A stretch of DNA of 64,000 nucleotides. Origin: an uncultured cyanobacterium. Its GTDB lineage: Bacteria; Cyanobacteriota; Cyanobacteriia; Cyanobacteriales; CAWCAG01. This document shows positions 30,319 through 43,000 of this stretch, piece by piece. The position numbers were made by a program, and so were the translations under genes. The DNA lies in assembly GCA_963803805.1 (NCBI GenBank), contig CAWDOD010000002.1, positions 1,216,001-1,280,000 on the forward strand, read 5' to 3'. The notes under the pieces are model-generated. The model worked only from the letters and a program-made list of their open reading frames with translations, made no database searches and was not told the DNA's origin. Each line of letters begins with the position of its first letter. The stretch's first letter is position 1.

Positions 30319-31243
30319 ATGATCAACTTAAAAACTAACCTCAAAAAGAACATTAAAAAGGTTTTAATCAGGTTTGATATTAGACACAAAGCTGTCCCAG
30401 ATAACATTTATCATTGTTGTGTTCAAAAAACAGCTAGTCAATGGGTCAAATCAATATTATCTGACCCCAGGGTATATAAATATTCTGGCTTAGTAAGCTA
30501 TAACTACGAGCATAATCTACCCCAGGGTTTTGATCCGAGGAACTTACACGAAAAAAGTATTCAGTTTTCTTTACCAACCAGGACTATAGTTAGCCCTTTA
30601 TATATGGATTTTGCTAGCTTTCAATCTATCCCTAAACCCAAACAATATAAAGCATTTTTTATCAGCCGTGATCCGAGAGATATTGTAGTTTCTTGGTATT
30701 TTTCCATGAAATATTCTCATGCAGAGATGGCATTGGTAAAGGTTCATAGAGACAAGCTCAACTGCTTTATCTTTAGAAGAAGGATTAATTTATTGCATCA
30801 AATATCTAAACCGTTATGGAATTTTCCAGACTCTAAAATCTTGGCAGGAAGCTCAGAATCAGGATACTAATTTGCAATTGATTAAGTATGAAGATATTAC
30901 AGGAACAAATAATCTTGTAAGTTTTCAAAAATTGTTTGCTCATTTAGACATTCCTCTGCCAGAAGATACTTTATTGAATTTACTCCAGGATTACTCTTTT
31001 AAAAAACTTAGTGGTGGCAGAAAACCAGGAGAAGAAAATCAACTATCTCACTATCGTAAAGGGACTCCTGGAGATTGGCGAAAGTATTTTAAGCAAGAAA
31101 CATCATCTTTCTTTCGCAGTATAACAGGTAATTTAACCAAGCAATTAAATTACACAATCGATAATTCGACATCAACATCCAACATCCAACATCCAAGGCA
31201 ACATCAGGGTCTAAAAACTAAATATGAATGTTTTACACATTAA
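30319..31243 (+). CDS. Sulfotransferase, split by a +1 frameshift near 30760
   Basis: QKTASQW and RDPRDIVVSWYFS in the first ORF, KYED and YRKGTPGDW in the second; removing one A gives KLTALSLEEGLIYCIKYL... Confidence 0.85.
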
Positions 31244-32518
31244 TCAATCTGACATTAATGGCGGTGCTGCTATTGCTGGCTATAGATTACATCAGGGGTT
31301 ATTAAGAGACGGGTATTAATTCCCGTCTTCTTGTTGCCTCACCTCAAACAAAAAGCAGCAACATAGCACCTATTCCCCGTAAAATGCGTTGGGAAGCAAG
31401 AATCGCCCCTTTTACTGAATCTTTAGGCTTTAATTACTTACAATTTGTTGGTTCGTTTGTGATTCCGAAACACAAGTTTTACAAAGAAGCAGAGATTCTC
31501 AATTTTCACAACCTCCATAGTGGTAAATTCTCTTATTTAGCCCTGCCCTTACTTAACTTAAACAAACCTGCTGTATTTACCCTCCATGATATGTGGAGTT
31601 TCACCGGACATTGTGCTTATAGTTATGGCTGCGATCGCTGGCAAACTGGTTGTGGTAACTGCCCTCATTTAGATAGCTATCCTGCTGTTAAAAAAGATAA
31701 TACTAATTGGGAATGGCAACTCAAAAAATTAGTTTACCGCCTTTCTAAATTAACCATAGTTACCCCAAGTAAATGGTTAGCAAGTCAAGCCAAACAAAGT
31801 ATGCTCAATCGCTTTCCTATTCATCATATTCCTAATGGTGTAGATACGGAAATTTATCATCCCCTCAATAAAGAAGAATGTCGGTTCAACTTAGGTATAC
31901 CCCAAGATAAAAAAGTATTAATATTTGGGGCGCAGGATCTCAGAAATCCGATTAAAGGGCGAGATTTATTATTGAAAGCCCTACAAAATTTACCCGAAGT
32001 TTTAAAAGCTGAAACTGTTGTTTTAACAATGGGTAATAAAGGAGATTTCTGTTTAGAAGAGGTGGGATTAAAAACCTTTAACCTGGGCTATTTAACCAGC
32101 GAATTTCAAAAAGCGATCGCTTACTCTGCTGCTGATGTTTTTGTCTTACCCACTCGCCATGATAATTTGCCTTTAGTCCTACAAGAGAGTATGGCTTGCG
32201 GTACACCTTTAGTTTCTTTCGATGTTGGTGGTGTTCCTGAATTAGTCAGAAATGGAGTTACAGGTTATTTAGCTTCTCCTGAAGATCCTCAAGATTTGTG
32301 TCAAAAAATAACCGCAGGTTTTAGAAAATACTAACTTGCGAGTTAGTTTAAGTGAAAATTGCCGTCGTATTGCTGTTGAAGAATATTCTCTCAAGCTACA
32401 AACTAAGCGCTATATTCAGTTGTACGAGAAAATTTTAAGCAAGAAAAAGGATAGTCCTCAACTAGAAAAACTATCCAATCAATTTAACCTGAATGCGCTA
32501 GGTAGAAACTTCCCTTAA
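31224..32518 (+). CDS. Family 4 glycosyltransferase, +1 frameshifts near 31311 and 32312
   Basis: ATG 31224 MNVLHINQSDINGGAA; TLHDMWSFTGHC; DNLPLVLQESMACGTP. Confidence 0.88.
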
Positions 32519-34925
32519 TTAACTTTAACTCGGAAACTTACTGAACCAACATTACGAGGATTACTATTCGAAATAGTTGAACCTAAATCCACAATTAAAG
32601 AACCATTAGTATTATTGCTATTTAGACAAAGGGGAGAACTAAAAGGAGAACTTAGGTCTAAGGGTTTAACAAAGGTTGCCCCATCGTCTCCTTCGGCATC
32701 GGTTTGAGAAATACTTTGAGAACCAGCCGGAGGAAGAGTCAAGGAAATACTATTGGGGACATAGGTAGTAACTGGAGGTATAGCATCGCAAATTTTGGCA
32801 TTTTCGACAGCTTGGGAACCACTAGCTAGAAAGTAAATGGTGTACTCCACAACATCGCCACTTTGTAGGATATTATTTGGTTCCAGGCTAACTAAGCCGA
32901 AAGGGAGACTAGCAGACCAACCAGGGACAGTATCATTAGGATCGCTCTTTGTCATCAACAAATCTTTGGAAATTAACTCCTGGCAATGGTACACCGTTTC
33001 TAATCACATTGGTAATGCGTTTAACCAAAAGTAAGTTTGTGGTGTTGGGTTCTTGGACAACTACCACTGTTGGTTCATCATCTCCTGTTCCTGTACCAGG
33101 TAAATTGCCCCTATCTTGTCCATCATCTAATTCTTGGGGAATTTCCCCTGAACCACCCACAGCGTCTGTGACAGAAGGGGTTTGTATTCCAGGGCCGATA
33201 TCAGCCACAGCTACAGCTTGGTTTTCAACCGCGGCCCCAGCCCCAGCAACAATTGCTGCCTGGAATTTAATTGTTACTTGACCGCCATTAGCAACAAGAG
33301 TACCGGATTGATTAAGTTGAGGAACGCTTGTACCGTTAAAGCTAGGATTTGCGCTTACTGTAGTTCCAGGAGGGCCAGAAGTTGTTAAGTCATAGCCTCC
33401 AACAAACTGCAAAGTATTGGAGTCTAAGCTATCTGTTACTACAAAGTTAGTAACATTTGTGTTGCTGTTGTTGAGATAAACTACCACATACTCCAAAATA
33501 TCCCCTCTCGTAACTGAACCATCCTCGTCCACATCTTGAAATAAGCGTACAGATTTAGTTCCTACCGGAGAAGCCGGGGCTAAAACTACCAAGGGAGTAG
33601 GGTCGGGTACTGCCCCTGCCCCAGGAAAATCTGAGCCAACAGTTTCCGGAAAACTACCTCCAGGAAGGTTGCGGACAATAGCTTGGTTAAATACAGTACC
33701 AGGGGGCGTTGTCACCGGAACATTAACTTCAACAGTAACCTCAACTTGCCCTGGGGTTACTGTCCTAGCATTAGCAGCAGGAAGGGTTAAGCCTGTAATA
33801 GTGAAGGTACGATTATCGTTACTGAGAACAACATTGCCTGTGTTACCCCCCTGTCCACTCACAATTGCTACCTGGGGAGGTGCCAGGAATCTGCGACCAT
33901 TCGCCATGGTGTCGGTTATGGTTAGCCCTGTAATAGGTCTTTCTGGGGGATTTGGGTTAGTAATTAGGTAAGTGTAGGTAACGTTGTTCCCTGCTACTAC
34001 AGGAGAAGGATCAACAATTTTAGTTATCCGTGGTACAAAAGGACAAGCCGCACCATCGTTAAAAGTAACATCGGGGGCATTGCTAAGGAAGGTATATACA
34101 ACCGGAGTATCTAAAACATTAACGCTATATAGCAATCCTGGTTCATTCTGATAAGCATAGAGAGTACCAGCCCCATCAAAGAAAGTTGCCCCCACAGACT
34201 GATTGCCAATGGGATTGGTAGTTCCTGGCAAGTATTCTACAGTCACAGTGCTACCTTGTTCTGGGTCAAATCTTAGTAACCTGCTTTCAACTTGGTCATA
34301 GGCATAAAATTTACCATCCACAGGGCTATAAGCCATATCGGAAAATCGGGGAAAGCCTACCCCCGATTTTTGTAAGTCTCTAACTTGGAGAATTTGCGGT
34401 GGTCTTTGGGTAACATCAATTTGCACCAGCTTTCCAGTACCATTGTTGTAGATATAGTAAGTTCCATCCCCTGAAAAATCTCCAGCGATATATCTATTAT
34501 TAACGGGAGTGGCTGATGGTAAAGGTAAACCTAGAGGTTTGCCAATAGGGTCAACTTTACCATTGCGGTCGATGCGAAAGATTTCATAGGCATCAGGACG
34601 ATTAGCATCTCCTGCTTTTACAGGATCACCAGGTTCAATAGCATAGATAAAACCATCTTGAACCCGAAAGCCCATAGCATTATATTCTCTGGGGTCTGAT
34701 GCGGCAGGAGGACTGATGATAGGTAGGGTAAAAGGGGTTGTACTGGTGTTAACTGTGGTTAGTTGAGTGTTTTCTTGTTGAGAAAGAAAGAAGTCTCCAT
34801 CGCAAGCAAAAGGTGTTTGGGCAGAAGTTGGAGAGGAGATAATTTAAAGAGGCGATCGCAAAGCTTAAACTGCTGGTTAACCAACAAGTTATTTTTTTAA
34901 GCTGATAATTATTAGGTTGTTTCAT
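32515..34925 (-). CDS. Exported adhesin-like protein: beta-propeller-like N-terminus plus three DUF11-type Ig domains; +1 frameshifts near 34840 and 32948
   Basis: ATG 34925 with signal peptide, then SAQTPFACDGDFFLSQ, YNAMGF...DGFIYA, NDGAAC; ITKIVDP..VVAGNNVTYTYLITN; GDILEYVV; GDVVEYTIYF. Confidence 0.8.
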
Positions 34926-35617
34926 AACTGAATTTGTTTAGTTACAGCAATTAGTTAATACGCTAATAAAGCTGTATCAGAAAGGCAATCTCTTAATTGC
35001 TTAGAGTTATTTTTTATTGAATGTTTATGATGGCTATTAGGGAAAATATGAGTGACGAATTTGCTAGCTTATCAATAAGCTAGTTTTATTGGTGACTATT
35101 TGTATTAGTAAAGCTAGGTTATGTTGACCGAAATAGGCTCAACTTAATTCAAGCTACTTTTAAAAATAAGCTGTAGAGCAAGGAAACAGCAGAGCAAGAC
35201 ATGAAAAACAAAGTGATTCTAGATTAAATTAGAATTTTACGTTTAGCAAATTAGCTCAGTTAAATCGAACTTATAATAGAGATATTACCTATTGGTTATC
35301 GAGATTTATTCCCTCTTAAGAGAGATTAAGCGGAAATTTCACAGCTATATTGGGATTTATAAAAAAATTACTTAAAAGGCTGAAACATCTATTGCTTTTC
35401 AATCATTTTGCTAGTTTTTCTACATCCCAGCTCAGGATTGGAATTCCTAGCTATAGTTTTAAGCAAAATAATCGTTGCCACCGAAATTAGTTTCAGGTGA
35501 GGGGTTCAAATAACAAGCTCACATTTAAACGAAATTATCTTGAAAGACAGAGAATTAATTCTCTAGTCATCTTTCATGATTTACATCAGTCCAAGGTTAT
35601 TTCTGACAAAATATTAG

Positions 35618-38117
35618 CTATTCTATTTGTACCCGAAAGCGGACAAAACCAACATTGTCAGGATTATTATTGGGAAAACTAGGGCTTAAGTCCACAGAAA
35701 TAGAGCCATCAGGGTTACTACTATCAGGACAAGGAGGTACAGGTACACTGGAGTCTAATTCATTGAAAAAGGTGCGTGTAGCTGTAGTTGGTGAAGAAGA
35801 AAGACTGTCAGCAACATAATCTGTTCCTACAGGTATAGCATCGCAGATTTTTAAGTTCTCAACTGGTTCCCTACCATTAGATAAGAAGTAAACAGTGTAC
35901 TCCACTATATCTCCAGTTGTTAAGGCGTTGTCTGTCCCTAAGCTAGTTACCCCCACAAGACCAGAAGGAAGGGCAGACCAACCGGGGAAGTTATCGTCAA
36001 TGTCAGCTTCATCATCAATAAAGTTGCTGAAGTCAACTCCAGGCAATGATGCACCATTTCTGATCACATTGGTGATGCGTTTAACTAAGGCTAAATTACC
36101 TGTGGCAGTAGGGATCTGCAACAACTAAGCTTGTTGGTTCGTCGTCTCCTGTATTCCCTGCAGAGTTACCTGTATCTTGACCATCATCAAGGACTTGGGG
36201 AATTTGAGCCGAATCACCTACTGCATCAGTGATGGAAGGGGTGATAATACCAGCACCTCCTGTTGAGGTTGCAACAGCTTGGTTTTGGATTTCTACTCCC
36301 GGTGATACACCAGCGTTAACTGTGCCGCGATAGGTAATCACTACTTGGGCATTTGGTGTGCTGGGTAAAGTTCCCCCAGGAGTAACAAGGTTAGTATCGG
36401 TAGTACCGTTAAACCCATTGTTACCAGTAACAGCAGCACCATTCAAAGCTTGAAAGTTGTAACTACCTGAAACAAAAGTCTAAGTTAGAGTCTAAGTTAT
36501 CTGTAGCTGCAAAGTTAGTAACATCAAGGCTGGAGTTGGTGTTGGTATAGGTGATAGTGTATTCAATGGTGTCTCCTGGGGTGACATTACCAGTGTTGTC
36601 AGCATCAATTGCTAAACTAACTGATTTCGTCCCGGCTGGAGTAGGGGGAGGTAGAATAATTAGGGGGGATGGGTCCGGTAAGGCTCCTGCTCCTGGGAAG
36701 TCGGAAGGAATGGAAGGAGGGAATGGGCCTGTCAAGCCGTTTAAGGTTGCTTGGTTAAAAACTGTTCCGGCAGAAGCATTGGGAGCAATGTTGAACTGTG
36801 GCGTTGATAGTTACCCTACCTACTTGTAGGGTCTGCTGGGATCTGTGGAAGGAAGTGCTAAATCGCTAATAGTTAAGTTTTGATTGTTGTTGGATAGAGC
36901 AACTGTACCAGGTGTAGTAGTCTCACCTAATACCTTCAAGAACAATGGTCTGTAACTGGCCCTCGTAGGTTCGACCATTAGTTAAATTATCACTAAAAGT
37001 TAAGCCAGAGAAAAATGACGCTGTTACTTTAGGCGTTAGGATTAGTAATAGTGTAGGTATAAGTAATAGTACCACCAGCAACAACTTGATTAGTGCTAAT
37101 GCTTTTTTCTAGCTTTGGTGCAAAAGGACAAGCAGAACCATCATTATCTGTAACGCTGTTCGGCGGGACTAAGGAGTGTAGCCGTATTGCCATCACCACT
37201 ACCATCAACTCCAACATTTACTTGTGTAAAGGTTACCACTGTTTTGGTAAAGGAATAAGTTACCAGCGCCATCAAAGAATGCTGCACCAACATTATCTGG
37301 TGGGGTAAGAGTTGGCAATCCGTTGATATGTTATTGTTTGGATAGTAGGATTAGCCTCAGTAGGATCAAAGTAAATAATTGTGATCTATTAAATCTCTAG
37401 TAAAAGCATAAAAATTGCCATCAAGGGGATTAAGAGCAAAGTCAGCTATGTTAGGAGGCTAGTTGCAGGAAAATCAGGAATGCTAGGATTAGTAACTGTG
37501 ATGTTAGATAGTTTTTTTTCAGTAACAAAAGTTGCTGTTGGTCCAGAAACATCAATTTCTAAAAGTACTCCATTTGCTCGAGCTCTGTCCGTATACATAG
37601 TAATTACCTGTTAGCAGGACTACAGGCAATGTCCCCAGCAATATAGCGAGTGTCCCTGAGCTTCGGGTGAAGCTCCCTGCCTAATAGCACCGCTAATTGG
37701 CGTTACCATACCATCTTGATCTATTCGATAAACAAAATGACCTTTTGGACTTCTACCGTTGTTATCAAGCTCTGACGCGTCACTAGCATCAAAAATATCT
37801 GGGTTAATACCATAAATAAATGACTGTTATCAAAGCGAAAGCCTGTAGCGTTATTTCTTGGTCTGGCCCCGTTCCATTAGGAGAACATGTTAAATTAAAA
37901 GGTACACTTCCTGTATTAACAGTCATTTAGAGTTGTTGGTGTTGCCTTGACTAAGGAAAAAAGTACCATCACAGGTGAAAGAGTTTTGCGCTTTTGCACC
38001 GGGAGAATAATAAGCAAGAGATGTTGTCCACAAACTCAAACCACCAAGTAACCAAGCAGCAGAGGTACGGAAATTAGATTTATTTGCAGTAGGTAATACT
38101 TTTAAAATTTGCTTCAT
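35618..38117 (-). pseudogene. Paralogous DUF11-type adhesin-like gene, heavily frameshifted (decay or assembly error)
   Basis: Fragments AQNSFTCDGTFFLSQ, NDGSACPFAPKLEKS, GTKSVSL...GDTIEYTI, IQNQAVA, LVKRITNVIRNG are colinear with 32515-34925 but in different frames. Confidence 0.7.
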
Positions 38118-38205
38118 AATTCAAGACAATAAAATTTCTGACTCTGGTGTTGATGTTTTTGATAATTCCCCAACAGTCGCCCCTGAGAGCAGGGGACTGA
38201 TGAGA

Positions 38206-39919
38206 TTAAGGCAGAGAAACAATTGCTGCATTAAAAGCAGGTTCTGATGTACCATAATCGCTATGGGTCGCTGTTGCTGTAACGCGATCGCCTGGTTGCA
38301 ATCCTGATATTTCTATCTCAAAATTGCCCCCTTTGTCTACTTCTACCGTGGCGATCGCTTGGTTAAGAGGCCCTTGTTGCCCGTTGTTTTCAATTACACG
38401 GTAAATTTCAATAGTAGACCCAGCTAAGGCTTTACCCATTAGTTTGGTTTTTTTGTTCAGGGCAAAAAACTCTCGACTAACAAAACTGGGAGCATTGATA
38501 CCCTTGTTGGCTGCTTGACGGCGACGTTGATAAAAATCAATTTCTGGGTTGGGACCATCACCTTTTTGATAATCCTTAACTTCTGTATTGTTTTGTGCTA
38601 CCAAATCAATACTTAGTCCTTGCAAGTTAGTAAATAGGTTATTGAGAATTACCACGCGATCGCTTTCTGGGAAAAGCTGCAACAGTAACTCCTGTACCGG
38701 GTTGATTAGCAATGCGATTTCTAGTAATTAAATGGTCACTACCGGAAAGATAAATGGCCGCACGTTCGTATCGTTTGCCGTTGTCGGTGATATTGTTGTC
38801 GCGCACTTCCACTGCACCCATGGGTTTAAAAGCAAAGATGCCGCTACCAGCATTGTTGCGAATCAAGTTGCCCTTAATCACAGAATTGGTGATATCTCCT
38901 TCCAAGCGAATGCCATCAGGCATTCCTGCAAAGCCATTTCTTTCAATCAGGTTGTCACTAACTAAAAGGTTGCTTGCCCTAACGCTGGTGATAATGCCGC
39001 TACCATCGTGATTAGCAATGATATTGCGGTGAATGGTTGTGCCTCTGCTGTTGAAAACATAAACGCCAAAACCTGATAGTTTCTTAGCTTCAGGAGAATC
39101 TGGTTGAGGAGAATCTGGTTTTGCGGCGGTAGGGACTACAAACAAAGCATCAGAAACACCAAACTCGTGGGGTTTAGCATTTCTGGCTACTTCATTTTTA
39201 CTGCGATCAAGTTGACTAATAAAGCGAGAATCTGTCCCTAACCCAGAAGGCACTCCCAACCAATTATGCTCAATCACCACATCCTGGGGAGGAACATCCT
39301 GTTCACTGAAAGGAAACTCGTCGTAGGGTATTTCCCTTTTAAAAGTATCTGGAGGTGGCAAGCGATGGGAAATAAAAATATCAGCGGTGGGGGTATTGGC
39401 TGTAGGCCCTTGGGGATAACTAAAGCCATAAATACTCAGTCCCCGCACCATCACACCATCAGCAACAATAGTTAAACCTCGCAGTACCTGAGTTTCTGTC
39501 GCTGGGGTAATAGCAATCACAGGAATAGGTGTTGCCCCCCCTTCTTTTTCTAATTCCTCACGGTCATAACCTGGTTGAGTTGTACCGTCAATAACCAGTC
39601 CTGGGGTAGATAGAGGCGGCAACATTTCCACTAAATTAATGGTTGTCTTTTGGGGAGACAAATTAAATTCAATGCGAGAATTACCTTCCCCTGGAGTCAA
39701 TTGCTGCCTTTCCGCTTCACTTAACTCCTCCATGGGCAAGCTACCATTAATAGCTGCGATCGCCTCTCGCAAACTAAGGAAGTTATCGGCTTGAATAGTA
39801 TCAGCGTTAGTATTAACCACCGCCCGCCAATTCATTGTTTCTGCATTAGCAAAGTTTGGGATTGCTAATAAGGCTAAATTAAAAGCCAGAATAGATGCTG
39901 TAACCTGAACAGAATTCAC
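38206..39919 (-). CDS. Exported right-handed beta-helix protein with CSLREA-like N-terminus; +1 frameshift near 38669
   Basis: Signal peptide ending ANA; LSLREAI; IDGTTQPGY; N.I..N...GI repeats; C-terminal TATATH...GTSE. Confidence 0.82.
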
Positions 39920-40032
39920 TCTTGTTACTCCTTGTACTTAATCGAAACAGAATGGAAAACTTTAAAAATTGCTAATGGCTAGTCGCTAGTCGCTAATGGT
40001 AACAGACCGTAATTATGTTTACCCATTACCCA

Positions 40033-43000
40033 TTACCTATTACCAACCTCAGACTCTTGTTGCTGTGCCGGCACAGGCCTTTGCCTACCAAAACCGCCAA
40101 ACAATTCATTAACTTTAAGAGTTAAGTTTAAGTAAGGCCCACCATCGGAACGATAACCGTCAAAGTCCCCATCATCAACACTACCAAAGCTATAACCCAA
40201 ACCGATGCGTAGGTCAGGAGTGAGGTAGTAGCCAGCTTCGGCTGCAAAGCCAAATTCATCAAAATTGGTCGAAGGTTGCCCAATCCAACGCCCTTCTAAA
40301 GCAACATCGGTGTTATACCCTGTGCGGTAGGTTGCTCTTAGCTGACTCAGAAAGACGCTGCTGCTGTTGCTAAAGTTACTAGCTAAGTTCGTTGTACTAC
40401 TACGCATAGCGAACTTGCCGTAAAATTCCCAACGCCAATCGGGGGCATAAATCATATCAGTGGAAACTACATGGTCAGTAGACCCTGTACCACTGCCAAA
40501 AAGTAGGGTTTCGGGAATAATTGAAGGGTTGCGGCGATATTCGTATTTAAGTAAGGCGTTAAAACGGTCATCATGGGGGTCACGGTAAGCTAGTCCCATC
40601 TTGACTTTCACTGTATCTCCCAACCCACTTAAAATCTGGTTAGAGGTATTAGCTTGGTCAAAACGGAATAAAGCAGTTAACCCAGGAGTCACTTTACCTG
40701 CGGCGGCTGCATTCCAAACCGTATTCTCTCGCCCGGAACCATTCCTCTGTTCAAAACGACCGGAAACTTGAAAGTCTGGGTTCGCTGTATATTCAAAACC
40801 CACACTATAAGCTTCCCCGCCAAATACTCCCAAAGATGAGGAACTTTGACCCACCGCATAGGGTTGAGCAAAACGAGGTCCTGCGGCAGTAACGCTGGAA
40901 ATGTCACTGGTGACGAGTTCATAACCTAAGTTAATGCGGAAACCAGGGGCAATGGTTAAGCGATGTCCTAAGCCAATGGAACCTTGACCTGTGACACCAC
41001 TGTATCCCCCCACCAACGCATAGCGGTTGTATAAATAGGTATCCTCCCCTAACCTTTTTTCAGTAATGGTTTCTAAGCTAGTGATGGAATTATCCCCCAA
41101 CAAGCCCCCATCGTAAAATTGGTGTGCTAGTCTCATGGTCACTTCTGGTTGCACTTTCCAATCAATACCAAAGGTGGTGCGGTTAGGATAAAGTGGGTCT
41201 TCCCCATCTCCTAAATTAATTTCATTTTTAGCTCTTAAGGCAATGGTTTCTGTGACCGGAACATTAAGATAGGAGACAACTTGGTCACTGTCACTATCAA
41301 AAATATTACCTGCATCGTCGTTGCGAGAGCGATGCACATAGTCAACATTCAATTCTGCATCCCCAAGTTTTTGCCTTACCCCAGCAGAAATAGCGGTGAG
41401 ATCGTTATTAATAGCTGTTCCGGGGAGGGCTTCTGAACCAGGGTTAAACAAACTAGTGTTAGGATTAAAAAGATCAAAAGGAACTGTTCGTACCGCCGGA
41501 GCAACACCAAAATTTTCTTCGCGATCAAAGCTAGCTTGCAAGGTTGTAGTAGGGGCAACTTGAGCTAAGATTGCTGCTCCGTAGCGGGTTTGTCCTGGGG
41601 TAAAACTGGTGGTGGCATTGTTGGCAAAACCAGTTTCGACAGAACGATAAAAAGCCCGTGCGTTAAGTCCTTTAACAACTTCCCCTTGCAACTCCAAACG
41701 ATAAGCATTAGCAGCAACGTTTCCGGTTAAGGGAGAATTATTGTGGGAACGAGCAAATTCCCCGATGAAGCGCCCTTTTTCCCCCACATTAAATAAGAAA
41801 TCCGCTCCATATAACTCAAAATCCTGGCTCCCTTGATCTTCATAAAGATAGGTAGCTGCTAACCAGTTTTCTTGGTTCAAATCTTGGGAGAAGTTGTATT
41901 GCACTCTCCCTGCATAAATATCCGTCTCGCCGTCAGTATCCCCTTCAAACTGATAAGTAGCAACAATTTTCCTCACTAAGGTGTTACCAAAAGGATCAAA
42001 CTCTAGTTGCTGCATCGGACGGCGGAACAACAAAGTTCCCCTGTCGTAGTCAATTTCATAATCAGGACCACGAGTCAAAGCTTCGCGAGAAATAACAGTA
42101 CCGGGACGATTGATTTCTTCAGTTTCAATAAAAATATTCTCACTACCGGGAACTAACTGCCGTCGTGCCAGGAAGTAATAACCACTAGTACCGTCAGGGA
42201 CTAAAGTATCCCTTTGAAAGCCATCTACATCAGGGCTATATAAAGCGGTGAGTTGGAGATTACCCAGGCTAAAGTTACCTTTAAAACCATTTAAGGCGCG
42301 GGTTGTAGCCGTAAAGAGTTGGGAAGGACGACTAAATTCTGTGGTGTAATAATCTCCCCACATAAAGTAGTCTGGTTCAGCCCCCGTAACAGGGGATTGA
42401 CGTTCAAAGCGTAGGTAAACACTGGTGGTAGAGGGGGTTAAATATTCAACACTGGAACTATCCCCATAAACAGAATACTGCTTCTCACACTCTTGCGGCC
42501 CTCGAAATAATCTGCTAATGCCATCGCAGGTTTCATTAAGGGGTCGTTCGCTGTTATAAGCCCCGGTAAATAACCATTCACCAACAGCCCCAGTTGCAAA
42601 TACTGCCGCATCAACATCCGCTTCAAAATCATCATCCATAGTGCTGGGATTGAGAAATTCCCGGCGACTGCTAAAGAAATCTGTCCCCGCTTCACCAATG
42701 CGCAGGTTAAGGACTCCAGATACCAAAGAAGGACGAAGATAGGTAATAAATTCTACTTGAGTGTAGGTTTCTAAGTCTGCTGTTACTTTGCTTTGGGGGT
42801 TAATTTGAATAGCAGTTATTGCTTCTTCTTCTAATAGAGAATCTTTAAGATCAAAACTTTCAATAGCAGCACGAATCTTTACCTTTTGCGCTTCTAAGTT
42901 AGATTGCAACTCCGCTTTAAATATTCCTTCTCTCGCTAGTACCTGAAACCCTGGCCGATCTTCATCTTGATCTGTACCAATAAATTTACCAGCACTGGAG

